64,000 bases of DNA from a bacterium (GCA_028821265.1 JAPPGU010000033.1:11437-75436); one strand, 5' to 3'; positions 44,141 to 53,616 are shown, counted from the stretch's first letter. The notes: generated by a model from the sequence alone, not told the origin. Translations and numbers: made by a program.

Positions 44141-45174
44141 GACCGCATCCCGTCGCGCACCCGTGGGTCGGCCACCGTGTACAGCAGGTCTACCGTCAGG
44201 TTGGCCAGCACGTAGGCCAGGCTGATCACCAGCACCACCCCCGAGAGGGCGTTGAGATCCAGGCGGGTGGCCGCCGTGAAGGCGTACTGGCCGAGTCCGG
44301 GCCAGCCCACCACGCGTTCGACCACGATGATCCCGGTGAGCAGCGAACCGAAGGCGAGCCCCGACAGGGTGATCACGGGGATGACCGCGTTGCGAAAAGC
44401 ATGGCGGTAGAGGACCAGCCGCCGGCGCAGTCCCTTGCCGCGGGCGGTGCGAACGTAGTCCGACTCCAGGGCGTCGACCATCTCCGAACGGACCACCCGG
44501 GCGAAGTAGAAGCCGATCACCAGACCCAACACCAGGGCGGGGAACGCCAGGTGGTGCAGGGTGTCGAACAGGGCGTCCCATCGGCCGGCCAGTATGGAGT
44601 CGACGGTGACCATCCCGGTCACCTCCGGCGGTGGGCGCGTGAAGATGTCCAGCTGGCCCGGCCCGGCAGCCCACCCCAGCCGCCCGTAGAAGACCATGAA
44701 CCCGACGATGGCAAGCCAGAACACCGGCACCGAGATCGCCAGTGTGGAGACCACCTTGAAGAGCGCGTCCCAAACTCCTCCCCGGCGCGCCGCCGCGAAC
44801 ACGCCGAGCGGGATGCCGAACACGAGAGCGACCACCAGAGCTGCCACCACCAGCTCGATGGTCGGGGGTAGCACGTTGGCGAGGTCGGTGCTGACCGCAC
44901 GCGCCGAGTGGCTCGACTCGCCCATGTCGCCCTGCAGCAGGTTGGTCAGGTAGATCCAGTAGCGCTCCGGGATCGGCTTGTCCCATCCCCAGCGGGCGTT
45001 GAGGGCGTCGATGATGGCCTGTTCAGCCGCGTCGGATTGGGCTGCGCCCCGACCTCCCAGGTAGGCGGCGACCGGGTCGATGGGGATCAGTTGGGAGACG
45101 AAGAAGGTAATGCAGGTCATGCCCAGCAGCACGAGCGGAGCCAGGGCCAGGCGCCGCAGTACGAACCAGCGCAT
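44137..45174 (-). CDS. ABC transporter permease (DppB/OppB-like)
   Basis: 345 aa. MRWFVLRRLALAPLVLLGMTCITFF and YVRTARGKGLRRRLVLYRHAFRNA. Confidence 0.9.
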   Translation of the reverse strand: MRWFVLRRLALAPLVLLGMTCITFFVSQLIPIDPVAAYLGGRGAAQSDAAEQAIIDALNARWGWDKPIPERYWIYLTNLLQGDMGESSHSARAVSTDLANVLPPTIELVVAALVVALVFGIPLGVFAAARRGGVWDALFKVVSTLAISVPVFWLAIVGFMVFYGRLGWAAGPGQLDIFTRPPPEVTGMVTVDSILAGRWDALFDTLHHLAFPALVLGLVIGFYFARVVRSEMVDALESDYVRTARGKGLRRRLVLYRHAFRNAVIPVITLSGLAFGSLLTGIIVVERVVGWPGLGQYAFTAATRLDLNALSGVVLVISLAYVLANLTVDLLYTVADPRVRDGMRS

Positions 45175-45216
45175 GTCAACTCCTCCGGGTCACGGCTTCA
45201 GTCGTACGAGATGGGG

Positions 45217-45248
45217 ATCGGGGGGCGACCGGCCGGCCGCCCCCCGAT
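45217..45248 (-). terminator. intercistronic GC hairpin between the SBP and permease genes (partial terminator or mRNA stabiliser)
   Basis: atcggggggcg (45217-45227) pairs with cgccccccgat (45238-45248), an 11-bp perfect stem with a 10-nt loop. Confidence 0.5.
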
Positions 45249-45277
45249 GGATTGTGCGGTCTCCCGCGAGACCTCGG

Positions 45278-47089
45278 CTACCGGGACCGCCCCATCCGGT
45301 AAGGCTCGAACCGGTGTACGGCGTGGTAGTAGACGCCGGTCAACGTGTTGACGTGCGGGTACCACTCGGGAATCTCGACCATCAGGTGAGTCGGGTTGGC
45401 TTCCAAGCTCAACCGCTCCACCTCGTTCAGCAGGCTCAACCGCTCCGCCGGATCGACCGACGCCAGCGCCGCGTCACCTGCCGCCTTGATCTCGTCATAC
45501 AGAGGCCAGCCCTCGGCATTGTCGGGCCAGAGCGACCGCTGCCAGTTGACGAATCCGTCCGCGAACGACACCGCCGCCGAGTTCATCGCCGACGGGAAGT
45601 CGGGGAACCAGTCGCTCACGTTGATGTCGAGGTCGCCCTTGCGGAAGTCGGTGAAGAACACGCCCACATCGCGGATCTGCACCTCGGTCTTGACACCGAT
45701 GTCGGCGAAGTCGGCGGCCAGCTTCTGGGCCACGTCACCGAATCCGGGGCAGAAACCGCTCCACTGGAACGTCTGGAGACGGATCGGGTTCTCAGGATCG
45801 TCGTAGCCATCGGGATAACCTGCCTCGGCTAGCAGTTCCTTGGCCTTGTCGAGGTCACGCTCGTAGCCGTCCGTGATGCCTCCCAGGCGCATCGGCGCCA
45901 GGCCGTACACCCGGTTGGCGGTGTATCCGGGGCAGAGTCGCTGGAGGCCGTCGTAGTCGATGGCGTACTTGAGCGCCTTCTGGACCGTCGGGTTGGCCAC
46001 GAATGCGTTGTTGTTCTCCGCATCGGTCGTGAATATCACGTAGTACCAGTGGTTGGTGTTGGCCTGCAGGATCGTGTAGTCCTCTCCCAACGTAGCGGCC
46101 TGGTGCGGGATTACTGTCCACGCCAGGTCGATGTCGCCCCGGGCCAGCGCGTCGATGCGCGACTGGGCTTCGGGGATGTTCACCATGATGATCCGCTCCA
46201 TGACGGCGGGCGGGCCTCCCCAGTAGTCGTCCACGCGGACGATCTCGAGGCGACTGCCCGGTTCGGAGAAGTCGAAGGTGAACGGACCGGATCCGGCGCT
46301 GTTCAGGGCCAGCCATTCGCCGGCCGTGTCGGTCTCCGAGGCATCCTCCCCGGCCGCGCCGCCGTTGGCCATCACCAACTCGCTGTTGAGGATGCTGAAA
46401 GCGGCGGCGGTGGTCAGGCCCGGGAACTCAGCGTCGGGTGCGGCCAGGTTGACCACGACGGTCTGAGGGTCGGGCGTGTCGACGCTGTCGAGGTTGGCCG
46501 CCTGGTAGGACGGCGTGGCGGCCACGTTCTTCAGCCGCATGAACGAGAACGCCACATCGTCAGAGGTGACCGGTGACCCGTCGTGGAAGCGGGCGTTCGG
46601 GTCCAGCGTGAAGGTCCACTGGGTAGCGTCCGCGTTGGACGACCACTCGGTGGCCAACTCGGGAAGCAGCGTCTGGTAGTCGTAGCCGGTATCGGTCTGC
46701 GCCCACTGCGCGAGGTTGTTGTACACGGATCCGAGCACCAGCACGTACAGCTCCTCGAAGGCCCGGGCCGGATCGAACTTGGTGTCGCCATCCATCTTCT
46801 TGCCGATCACGACGGTTGCCTCGCGGCCCGTCAGGGGTTCGGCCATCGCCTCGGTGGTGGTCGTGGGAGCGGCGGTCGTCGTGGTGGTCTCACCCGCCGG
46901 CGCCGCGGTCGTGGTGGTCGTTCCCACCTCCACCACAGTCGTGGCAGTTGTCTCCGCGGGCGCGGCGGTGGTCGCAGGGGCCGCCGTGGTTGCGGGTGCA
47001 TCGTCCGCGTCGTCCGTGCCGCAAGCGACGGCGAACACAGCCAGTGTCAAGAACACTGCCAGCCATCGGCCTGGTCGGTGTTTGTACAT
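45278..47089 (-). CDS. ABC transporter substrate-binding lipoprotein, family 5 (peptide/nickel/opine type)
   Basis: From MYKHRPGRWLAVFLTLAVFAVACGTDD (signal plus Cys), then a ~70-aa T/A/P-rich linker, then a family-5 SBP body (FHDGSPVTSDDVAFSF, WYPHVNTL). Confidence 0.88.
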   Translation of the reverse strand: MYKHRPGRWLAVFLTLAVFAVACGTDDADDAPATTAAPATTAAPAETTATTVVEVGTTTTTAAPAGETTTTTAAPTTTTEAMAEPLTGREATVVIGKKMDGDTKFDPARAFEELYVLVLGSVYNNLAQWAQTDTGYDYQTLLPELATEWSSNADATQWTFTLDPNARFHDGSPVTSDDVAFSFMRLKNVAATPSYQAANLDSVDTPDPQTVVVNLAAPDAEFPGLTTAAAFSILNSELVMANGGAAGEDASETDTAGEWLALNSAGSGPFTFDFSEPGSRLEIVRVDDYWGGPPAVMERIIMVNIPEAQSRIDALARGDIDLAWTVIPHQAATLGEDYTILQANTNHWYYVIFTTDAENNNAFVANPTVQKALKYAIDYDGLQRLCPGYTANRVYGLAPMRLGGITDGYERDLDKAKELLAEAGYPDGYDDPENPIRLQTFQWSGFCPGFGDVAQKLAADFADIGVKTEVQIRDVGVFFTDFRKGDLDINVSDWFPDFPSAMNSAAVSFADGFVNWQRSLWPDNAEGWPLYDEIKAAGDAALASVDPAERLSLLNEVERLSLEANPTHLMVEIPEWYPHVNTLTGVYYHAVHRFEPYRMGRSR

Positions 47090-47305
47090 CGTTTTCCCTT
47101 CGTCCGGACCCCGGGTAAGAACGTCCACTTGCTCCACCTGACCCCGGAGTGGTCTCAATTTTGATCATACATGGAGGGACCGGCCGGCGTCCGAGATAGT
47201 GGGATTCCATTTTCCTTGGTGATCGGCGCGCCGTGGTAGGCGAAGACCACCCGACTGATCAGGAGCGATCCGTCGAGACCGGAGCAAGCCCGGAGCGAGA
47301 CGACG

Positions 47306-47470
47306 CTACAGGGCGATGGCGATGGTGAGGGTGTAGGTGCCTGTGCCGCCGTAGAAGTTGGTCACATGGACGTGGTGGGTACCGATGCCGGGTGCGATCC
47401 AGTAGAGCCGGGAGGCTGTCGATTCGGCGAAGTCGTCGTTGCCGTCCGGCCAGACCTGAACGTCAACGCT
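47306..47470 (-). pseudogene. orphan C-terminal fragment of a PPC-repeat gene
   Basis: The minus strand translates to SVDVQVWPDGNDDFAESTASRLYWIAPGIGTHHVHVTNFYGGTGTYTLTIAIAL*, preceded by an in-frame TAG. Its 3' end ctacagggcgatggcgatggtgagggtgtaggtgcc is nearly identical to the 3' end of the 26669 gene. No start codon or N-terminal part is present. Confidence 0.75.
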
Positions 47471-47565
47471 CTAGATGCTCGCCGCTGACGCCCCGCTGAC
47501 CCTGCCCACGCTTGAGGTCTGGCTTTGGTGGGATCGCTCTCGCCAGTCTCCGGGGTGTTCCCGGA

Positions 47566-49539
47566 CTACGCAGACGAGATGGTGAAGGTGTAGGGACCGG
47601 TACCGAAGCTGGTTACTCGGATGTAGTAGGTGCCTGTGCTAGGCGCGTGCCAAATGGGCCGGGCCGGTTTCGAGGCGTATTCGACCCGGCTGGTTAGCCA
47701 GGTGCCGTCGGCGTCGTATATGTCGAGTAGTGAGGGTTCTTCGAGGGTCGCGTCTAGGTGGTGCCACTCGCCCTCTTCGGCTTCGAAGGTGAAGAAGTCG
47801 CTGTCGCCTTCGAAGCCCAGCCCGCCTTGGGCGGGCACGCCGACCTCGACGGGTGTTGCGTTGGTGGTCAAATCGGGGTGGTCGTCCCCGATGTGTGGGC
47901 TGGAGATAGCGAGGGTGTAGGCGCCGGTACCACGGTAGACGTTGCTAACTCGCACGTAGTAGGTGCCTGTGGCGGGTGCGGTCCATACGAACCGGGCCGG
48001 ATCGGAGGCGTAGTCGACATGGCTGGTTAGCCGGGTACCGTCGGTGTCGTATATGTCGAGTAAGGAGTCTGGGAGGGTTACGTCCAGGTCGTACAGTTCG
48101 CCTTCTTCGGCTTCGAAGGCGAAGTAGTCTCTGTCGTCTGCGTACTCCAGTTCGCCTGGGGTGGCGACGCCGACCTCGACTGATGTTGCGTTCGTGGTCG
48201 AATTGGAGTGGTCGTCCACGATGTCCGAGACGGCGATGGTGAGGGTGTAGGTGCCGGTGCCGTAGAAGCTGGTCACATGGACGTAGTAGGTGCCGGTGCC
48301 GGGTGCGTGCCATGTGGGCCGGGCCGGTTTCGAGGCGTATTCGACCCGGCTGTCCAGCCAGGTGCCGTCGGAGTCGTATAGCTCCAGTACCGAGTCTTCG
48401 AGGGTTCCGAGGGTCACGTCCAGGTCGTACAGTTCGCCTTCTTCGGCTTCGAAGGCGAAGTAGTCCCTGTCGCCTCCGTAGTCGATCTCGCCTTGGAAAA
48501 CCACCCCGATCCCCAGGGGTGTCGCCTCCTCGATCACCTGGTCCCAAGTCGGCCCACCAGGCTCCGACCACGACAGGTCGGGTACGCACTCCCACAACTC
48601 GAGTAGATACATGGGGTCGTCGGCGAAGCCGGTGAAGAGGGTTGCCCAATCGAAGTCGGTTACCCATTCCCGGAGGCAGTTTGCTTCTTCCTCGCTGAAG
48701 TCTTCGAGGGTCAGACCGGTTCCCTCGAGCATGAAGGAAATGTACAGGTCGGGGGCGCATGAAAACAGGTCGGGGAGGAAGTCCAGGATGACCGCGAGGT
48801 CGTCTCCGGCGAGGAGGGTTGCCCAGTCGGTGCCGGCTGCCCATTCCCGGAGGCAGGTTGCTTCTTCCTCGCTGAGGTTTTCGAGGTTCATGCCGGTCTC
48901 CTCGAGCATCAGTGATATGAACAGATCCGGATTGCAACTCATGAACGCGGTGGTGACTTCCCCTGCCGCCTCGGCGTCATCAGCCGACAGGGCCACCATC
49001 GTGGCAACCACGTCGATCCCGGCCACCCACTCATCTAGGCATACCTCCGCATCCGCGTCTATCAGAAGTAACCCATCCTCTTCCATCCCTGCGACCAGCA
49101 AGGCGAGGAACACGGCTCGGGCGGTTTGAGGAGCGAGGCACGAGAACATCAGGACCTCCCACGCCTCCGGGGTGTCCGATTCCGACATGACCGGTCGGCC
49201 CAGCACCGATTCCAATAGGTCGCCCTCGAACGAGTCGCGGATGCACTCCTGCTCGGTCGTGGTGAGCGCGTCGAACACCTCTCCCCACTCGGTGTGCGCA
49301 TCCACGCTGATATCGAGATCGGTGGCAGCTTCCGTGGTCTCGGATGGCGCTGTCGTCGTGCTACTCGAAGTCGTGGTCGTACTGGTTGGAATGGTTGTGG
49401 TGCTTAGAGCCGTCGTCGTGCTGCTTACGGCTGTGGACGTTGACTCCTGTGTCGAGGCGCCCCCACAACCGGCCAGGACGATGGCGACAGCCAAAGCCCC
49501 AAACAGCCAGAAGCAACGGGCACTGGATCGGGACTCCAT
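47566..49539 (-). CDS. paralogous lipoprotein: S/T linker, Cys-pair helical repeats, three PPC-like domains
   Basis: From MESRSSARCFWLFGALAVAIVLAGCGG (lipobox LAGC). Same architecture and many identical stretches as 26669-29053 (LESVL..PVMSE..TPEAW..FSCLAP.TA.AVFL; EEA.CLREW; GE..Y..DRDYFAFEAEEGELYDLDVTL). Confidence 0.8.
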   Translation of the reverse strand: MESRSSARCFWLFGALAVAIVLAGCGGASTQESTSTAVSSTTTALSTTTIPTSTTTTSSSTTTAPSETTEAATDLDISVDAHTEWGEVFDALTTTEQECIRDSFEGDLLESVLGRPVMSESDTPEAWEVLMFSCLAPQTARAVFLALLVAGMEEDGLLLIDADAEVCLDEWVAGIDVVATMVALSADDAEAAGEVTTAFMSCNPDLFISLMLEETGMNLENLSEEEATCLREWAAGTDWATLLAGDDLAVILDFLPDLFSCAPDLYISFMLEGTGLTLEDFSEEEANCLREWVTDFDWATLFTGFADDPMYLLELWECVPDLSWSEPGGPTWDQVIEEATPLGIGVVFQGEIDYGGDRDYFAFEAEEGELYDLDVTLGTLEDSVLELYDSDGTWLDSRVEYASKPARPTWHAPGTGTYYVHVTSFYGTGTYTLTIAVSDIVDDHSNSTTNATSVEVGVATPGELEYADDRDYFAFEAEEGELYDLDVTLPDSLLDIYDTDGTRLTSHVDYASDPARFVWTAPATGTYYVRVSNVYRGTGAYTLAISSPHIGDDHPDLTTNATPVEVGVPAQGGLGFEGDSDFFTFEAEEGEWHHLDATLEEPSLLDIYDADGTWLTSRVEYASKPARPIWHAPSTGTYYIRVTSFGTGPYTFTISSA

Positions 49540-49717
49540 CGGCTCCGACAGGCTACCCGGACCGGTCGCCCACTGGCCCCTGGCTCGACGGCGAGAAGAT
49601 TGCCATGACCTCCGGGAGGGATGCACTACGTTCTCAGCCGGCGCCGCCTTTGACCCCGCCAACTGTGCGCGCTGCTCGTGCCATCCGATCTCGGCAGCGC
49701 GGTCCGTTCCCGCGCCG

Positions 49718-50644
49718 TCAGCCGGCGCCGTCCACGGCCAGGACTCGAGCCGGGTTGGTGTGGGTGATGTGGTGGATGGTCTCCTCGTCGACGCCCTCGT
49801 CGCGGAGCATCGGTAGGAAGCTGTCGATCAGATGCCTGTAGCCGTGGCCGCCGTTGGTCATCAGGCGCGGGCGGGCGGGCATGTCCTGTGCGACCAGCAG
49901 CCGGTCCCGGTGACCTCGACGGATCAACTCAGCCAGGAACTGGGCGCGCCGGTGGTCGGCGTTGATCCACTCGATTCCGATCAGGTCGAACTGGATGTAG
50001 GCGCCGGTCTGGGCGATGCGCTCCAACTCGTCCATCTCCAGCGTGTTGTCCAGGTGCCCGAAGATGATCCGGTCGGGCGGCACCCCCTCCTCCTTCAGGA
50101 TCTCGTGGAAGAGCAGAGCCGTGTGCGGCGGGGTGTGGGTGGTGATCGCCAGGCCGGTGGCATGGTGAGCCCGGGCGGCCGCGCGGATGACCCGCTCCTC
50201 GACCCCCTGCACCCAGCGCTTGTCGATGCCGATCTCGCCGATGATGCCCGGGCGGATGCCCGTGTCGGCCCAGCCGTTCTCGATCTCGTCGACGATGTAC
50301 TCGGCCAGCCGGCGCGTGGTCCACTTGTTGACGAACTCGGGGTAGTAGGGCTCCCGGTAGAAGCCGGTTCCCATCACGAGGTGCACACCGGTGGTTTCGG
50401 AGATCCGCCTCATCTCCTCCGGCTTCCGGCCTATGTGTTCCAGTCCGCAGTCGACGAGAGTGCCCCCGCCTGCATCCTTGTAGAAGCCGACCTCCTCGGT
50501 CATCTGGACCTCGTCGGTGATCGGCATGGCTACCCAGCGGTGCCGGGCCCACGAGATATCGGCGAAAATGTGATCGTGCGTCTGGGTGTGGCCCAGTTCA
50601 TCCGGCGAGACCGGCCCTCGCACGGTCATTACCTGCAACGCCAT
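49718..50644 (-). CDS. phosphotriesterase-family metal-dependent hydrolase, copy 2
   Basis: 308 aa. HTQTHDHIF (HxH), IIGEIGIDK, AITTHTPP, IIFGHLD and LVAQDM. Confidence 0.88.
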   Translation of the reverse strand: MALQVMTVRGPVSPDELGHTQTHDHIFADISWARHRWVAMPITDEVQMTEEVGFYKDAGGGTLVDCGLEHIGRKPEEMRRISETTGVHLVMGTGFYREPYYPEFVNKWTTRRLAEYIVDEIENGWADTGIRPGIIGEIGIDKRWVQGVEERVIRAAARAHHATGLAITTHTPPHTALLFHEILKEEGVPPDRIIFGHLDNTLEMDELERIAQTGAYIQFDLIGIEWINADHRRAQFLAELIRRGHRDRLLVAQDMPARPRLMTNGGHGYRHLIDSFLPMLRDEGVDEETIHHITHTNPARVLAVDGAG

Positions 50645-50732
50645 GTCGTCTCCCCGGTCGGTCGATCCCGTAGCTGCTTCGACCCTACCCGAACCGGCAC
50701 CGGCGGGCTGTGTCGCGGCCCCGACTATCTCC

Positions 50733-51329
50733 TCAGGGGCACATTTGCCATCCGAAGAACTCGGTCAGGACGGCCGACGCCTCCAGGACGTCGGCCTGTG
50801 CCTCCGCTATCAGGTCTGCGTCGCCCGATGCCCATCCTCGGGATCCCTCGTCGAAACCGGCGGCGTATGCCAGGACGCCCTCCCTTATGGACAGCAGCAG
50901 ATCCACGACCTCCCTTGGTGGAACTCCCATCAGATCGAGTTCCTCGACCAGCCCTAGGAGTCCGCGGCTCGCTTCCATCAGCCCGGTCGCGACCTCCGTG
51001 GGGTCCACGTGGTCAGGTGCTGAGTGGAGAAGGTCCGCGGCCTCCTCAACGATGGGCCGGAGCCGGACGAAAACCAGCCGGTCGAGCGCGACAGTGAAGC
51101 TGTCACACTCCTCCGAGGTTCCATCCAGCACCGGCGCGACCGAGACCCGCGTGCCGGTCGCTCGGGTGGTTGCGGCCGTGGCGGATGAGGCGACGGGGCT
51201 CGTGGTCGCCACGGTGGTTGTTGTGGGCGTGTCAGCCACCGGGCCGGTGGCAGGCGAGGGTGAGGCGCGGCATGCCCCCATCATGCAGGCAACCACGACG
51301 GCGATCGCGCAGAGGGCACTGGTCTTCAC
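50733..51329 (-). CDS. hypothetical lipoprotein with a T/S/A-rich linker
   Basis: 198 aa. MKTSALCAIAVVVACMMGAC signal/lipobox-like region, a T-rich linker, then a helical acidic domain bounded by Cys (EECDSF ... WQMCP). GTG start. No motif recognised. Confidence 0.55.
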   Translation of the reverse strand: MKTSALCAIAVVVACMMGACRASPSPATGPVADTPTTTTVATTSPVASSATAATTRATGTRVSVAPVLDGTSEECDSFTVALDRLVFVRLRPIVEEAADLLHSAPDHVDPTEVATGLMEASRGLLGLVEELDLMGVPPREVVDLLLSIREGVLAYAAGFDEGSRGWASGDADLIAEAQADVLEASAVLTEFFGWQMCP

Positions 51330-51385
51330 AATGAAGTTTCTAGCCTGAGAGGACCGGGGTCGGCAACCGGAAGCGAGGAGAACAG

Positions 51386-52156
51386 GTGAGGCTCGAAGGC
51401 AAGGTGGCGCTCGTGTCCGGCGCAGCCGGGGGCATGGGCGCTACCGAAGCAGCCCTGTTCGCCGAGGAAGGGGCTGCCGTCGTAGTCGGTGACATCGAAG
51501 CCGGGGCGGGGGAGGAGGTCGTGACCTCCATCACGTCCAAGGGGGCTACGGCGTCATTCATCGCACTCGACGTGACCCGGGAGGAGAGTTGGCGGCGGGT
51601 GGTGGAGGAGACGGTCGATCGCTTCGGGAGCCTGGACGTGCTGGTCAACAACGCCGGGACCGGCTCCCGCTCCTCCTTCGAGGACACGCCACTCGAGGAG
51701 TGGAACCGGGTCAACGACGTCAACCTGACCGGAACCTTCCTCGGAATCCGGGCTGTCCTGCCGGTGATGAAGGGCCAGCGATCCGGGTCGATCATCAACG
51801 TGTCGTCGGTTATGGGCATGCTCGGAGCCATCTACCCGGATCTGTCCGAGGCCCAGGCCCCTGCCTATGCGGCCTCGAAGGCGGCGGTCCGTCTCCTCAC
51901 CAGGACCGCTGCCGCCCAGTACGCCAGGTACGGGATCCGGGTCAATACGGTGGTGCCGGGATTCACGATGACCGAGATGGGTCGCTCGTCGTGGGAGGAT
52001 CCGGACCGGCGCTCCCTGTTCCTTCCCCACATACCGATGCAGCGCTGGGCGGAACCCGAGGAGATCGCCGGGGCGGTCCTGTTCCTGGCGTCGGATGACA
52101 GCTCCTACGTCACCGGCTCCGACCTGGTGGTCGACGGGGGGTACTCGGCGGTCTGA
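51386..52156 (+). CDS. short-chain dehydrogenase/reductase
   Basis: 256 aa. VALVSGAAGGMG, NNAG, SSVMG and YAASKAA. GAGGAG SD lies upstream of the GTG. Confidence 0.9.
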   Translation: MRLEGKVALVSGAAGGMGATEAALFAEEGAAVVVGDIEAGAGEEVVTSITSKGATASFIALDVTREESWRRVVEETVDRFGSLDVLVNNAGTGSRSSFEDTPLEEWNRVNDVNLTGTFLGIRAVLPVMKGQRSGSIINVSSVMGMLGAIYPDLSEAQAPAYAASKAAVRLLTRTAAAQYARYGIRVNTVVPGFTMTEMGRSSWEDPDRRSLFLPHIPMQRWAEPEEIAGAVLFLASDDSSYVTGSDLVVDGGYSAV

Positions 52157-52205
52157 GTTTGGGACCGATCGGCCCGGCTCGGGACGGGCGAATGGATGGA
52201 TCGGC

Positions 52206-53564
52206 TCAATCCCGCTCGAGTTCGGCGAGCGTGCTCCCGACGGCATGTGAGATGTAGTCGGCCTGGGGGATCGTAAGGCAAAGGGGAGGGGTGATCCTCA
52301 TCACGTGGCCGGTGCTCGATATCACCACGCCCCTGCGCAGTAGACCCCGCAGCACCTCGCGGATGAAGTCACCGGATACGGGGGTGCGGGTGGCCCGATC
52401 ACGGACCATCTCGACACCGATGGCCAGGCCCAGGCCCCGGACGTCCGCTACGTTGCGACGTTGCTCCAGGCGCTCTGCGAGCGCCGTCCGCAGGTGTTGG
52501 CCGACGCGGGAGGCGTTGTCCACCAAGCCCTCTTCGAGCAAAGCGGTCAGCGCAGCGAAACCCGATGCGCAGGCGAGCGGGTTGCCGCCGAAGGTGCTGC
52601 TGTTGTGGGTGGGTTGCGCACCAGGACCGGCGTCCATGACGTGCCGGGGACCGGCCACGATCCCGAGGGGGAAGCCTCCGCCGATGCCCTTGCCGAGTAG
52701 GAGGAGATCGGGCACCACGCCGGAGTGCTCGTAGGCCCAGAGCCGGCCGGTACGGCCGCCTCCGGTCAGTATCTCGTCGAACATGAGCAGAGCCCCCGTC
52801 CGGTCGCAGAAAGCCCTGACGGACTCGAGGAAGGCGGCGGGGACGGGAATCATACCCCCGGCCCCCTGCATGGGCTCGATGATGACCGCGGCAGGTGGGC
52901 CGGCCAGCACCTGCCCCGCCACCCGGTCGAGGTGCCGGGCGCATGCCTCGACCCGCCGGGCTTCGCTCTGGTGCGGTGTCTCCATCGGATCGGGGGCCAC
53001 CGCATGCACCACCCCCGGCAGGAACGGCCCGAGGCCCTCCCGACCCGCTCCCGAGGTAAGAGAGAGCGCCCCCAGCGTCCTTCCGTGGTAGCCGTTGTGA
53101 AAGGCGATCACCTCGTGGCGCCCTGTGGCCGAGCGGACCGTGCGGAGGGCCGCCTCCACGGCCTCGCTCCCGGAGTTGGCGAGGTGGAAGGCATCGAGAC
53201 TATCGGGCAGGGTGCTCCTGAGTAGTTCTACGAACCGCACCCGGACCTCGGTGGCGAAGTCGTAGAAGTGGGTCAGCAGCCGGGCCTGTTCCCCGAGGGC
53301 GGTCGCCACCGCCGGATGCCCGTGGCCCAGGTTCATCACCACGGTGCCGGCGCACGCATCGAGGAGCCAGTTTCCGTCGGCGTCCCGGATCATGGCGCCG
53401 CGCCCTTCGACCACGGCCAGTTCCGACCACAGCGAACCGGCGGAGTTGCCGGCCGCGAGCAGGCTCTGATCCTGCTGGAAGATCGCCCTGGACCTGGGGC
53501 CGGGCACCTCCGTGACGAGCTTGGGTAGCTCCGGGGTACCGGATGGGTTGCCGCTGTGGTTCAT
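52206..53564 (-). CDS. class III PLP aminotransferase (GABA/omega-aminotransferase-like)
   Basis: 452 aa. NSGSEAVEAALRTVR, FDEILTGGGRTGRLWAYEH and LLLGKGIGGGFPLG (PLP Lys). Confidence 0.9.
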   Translation of the reverse strand: MNHSGNPSGTPELPKLVTEVPGPRSRAIFQQDQSLLAAGNSAGSLWSELAVVEGRGAMIRDADGNWLLDACAGTVVMNLGHGHPAVATALGEQARLLTHFYDFATEVRVRFVELLRSTLPDSLDAFHLANSGSEAVEAALRTVRSATGRHEVIAFHNGYHGRTLGALSLTSGAGREGLGPFLPGVVHAVAPDPMETPHQSEARRVEACARHLDRVAGQVLAGPPAAVIIEPMQGAGGMIPVPAAFLESVRAFCDRTGALLMFDEILTGGGRTGRLWAYEHSGVVPDLLLLGKGIGGGFPLGIVAGPRHVMDAGPGAQPTHNSSTFGGNPLACASGFAALTALLEEGLVDNASRVGQHLRTALAERLEQRRNVADVRGLGLAIGVEMVRDRATRTPVSGDFIREVLRGLLRRGVVISSTGHVMRITPPLCLTIPQADYISHAVGSTLAELERD

Positions 53565-53616
53565 CTTGACTCTCCGGAGTTGTCTGCCGTGTCGTCTGGT
53601 GGCGCTATGTCCTCTA

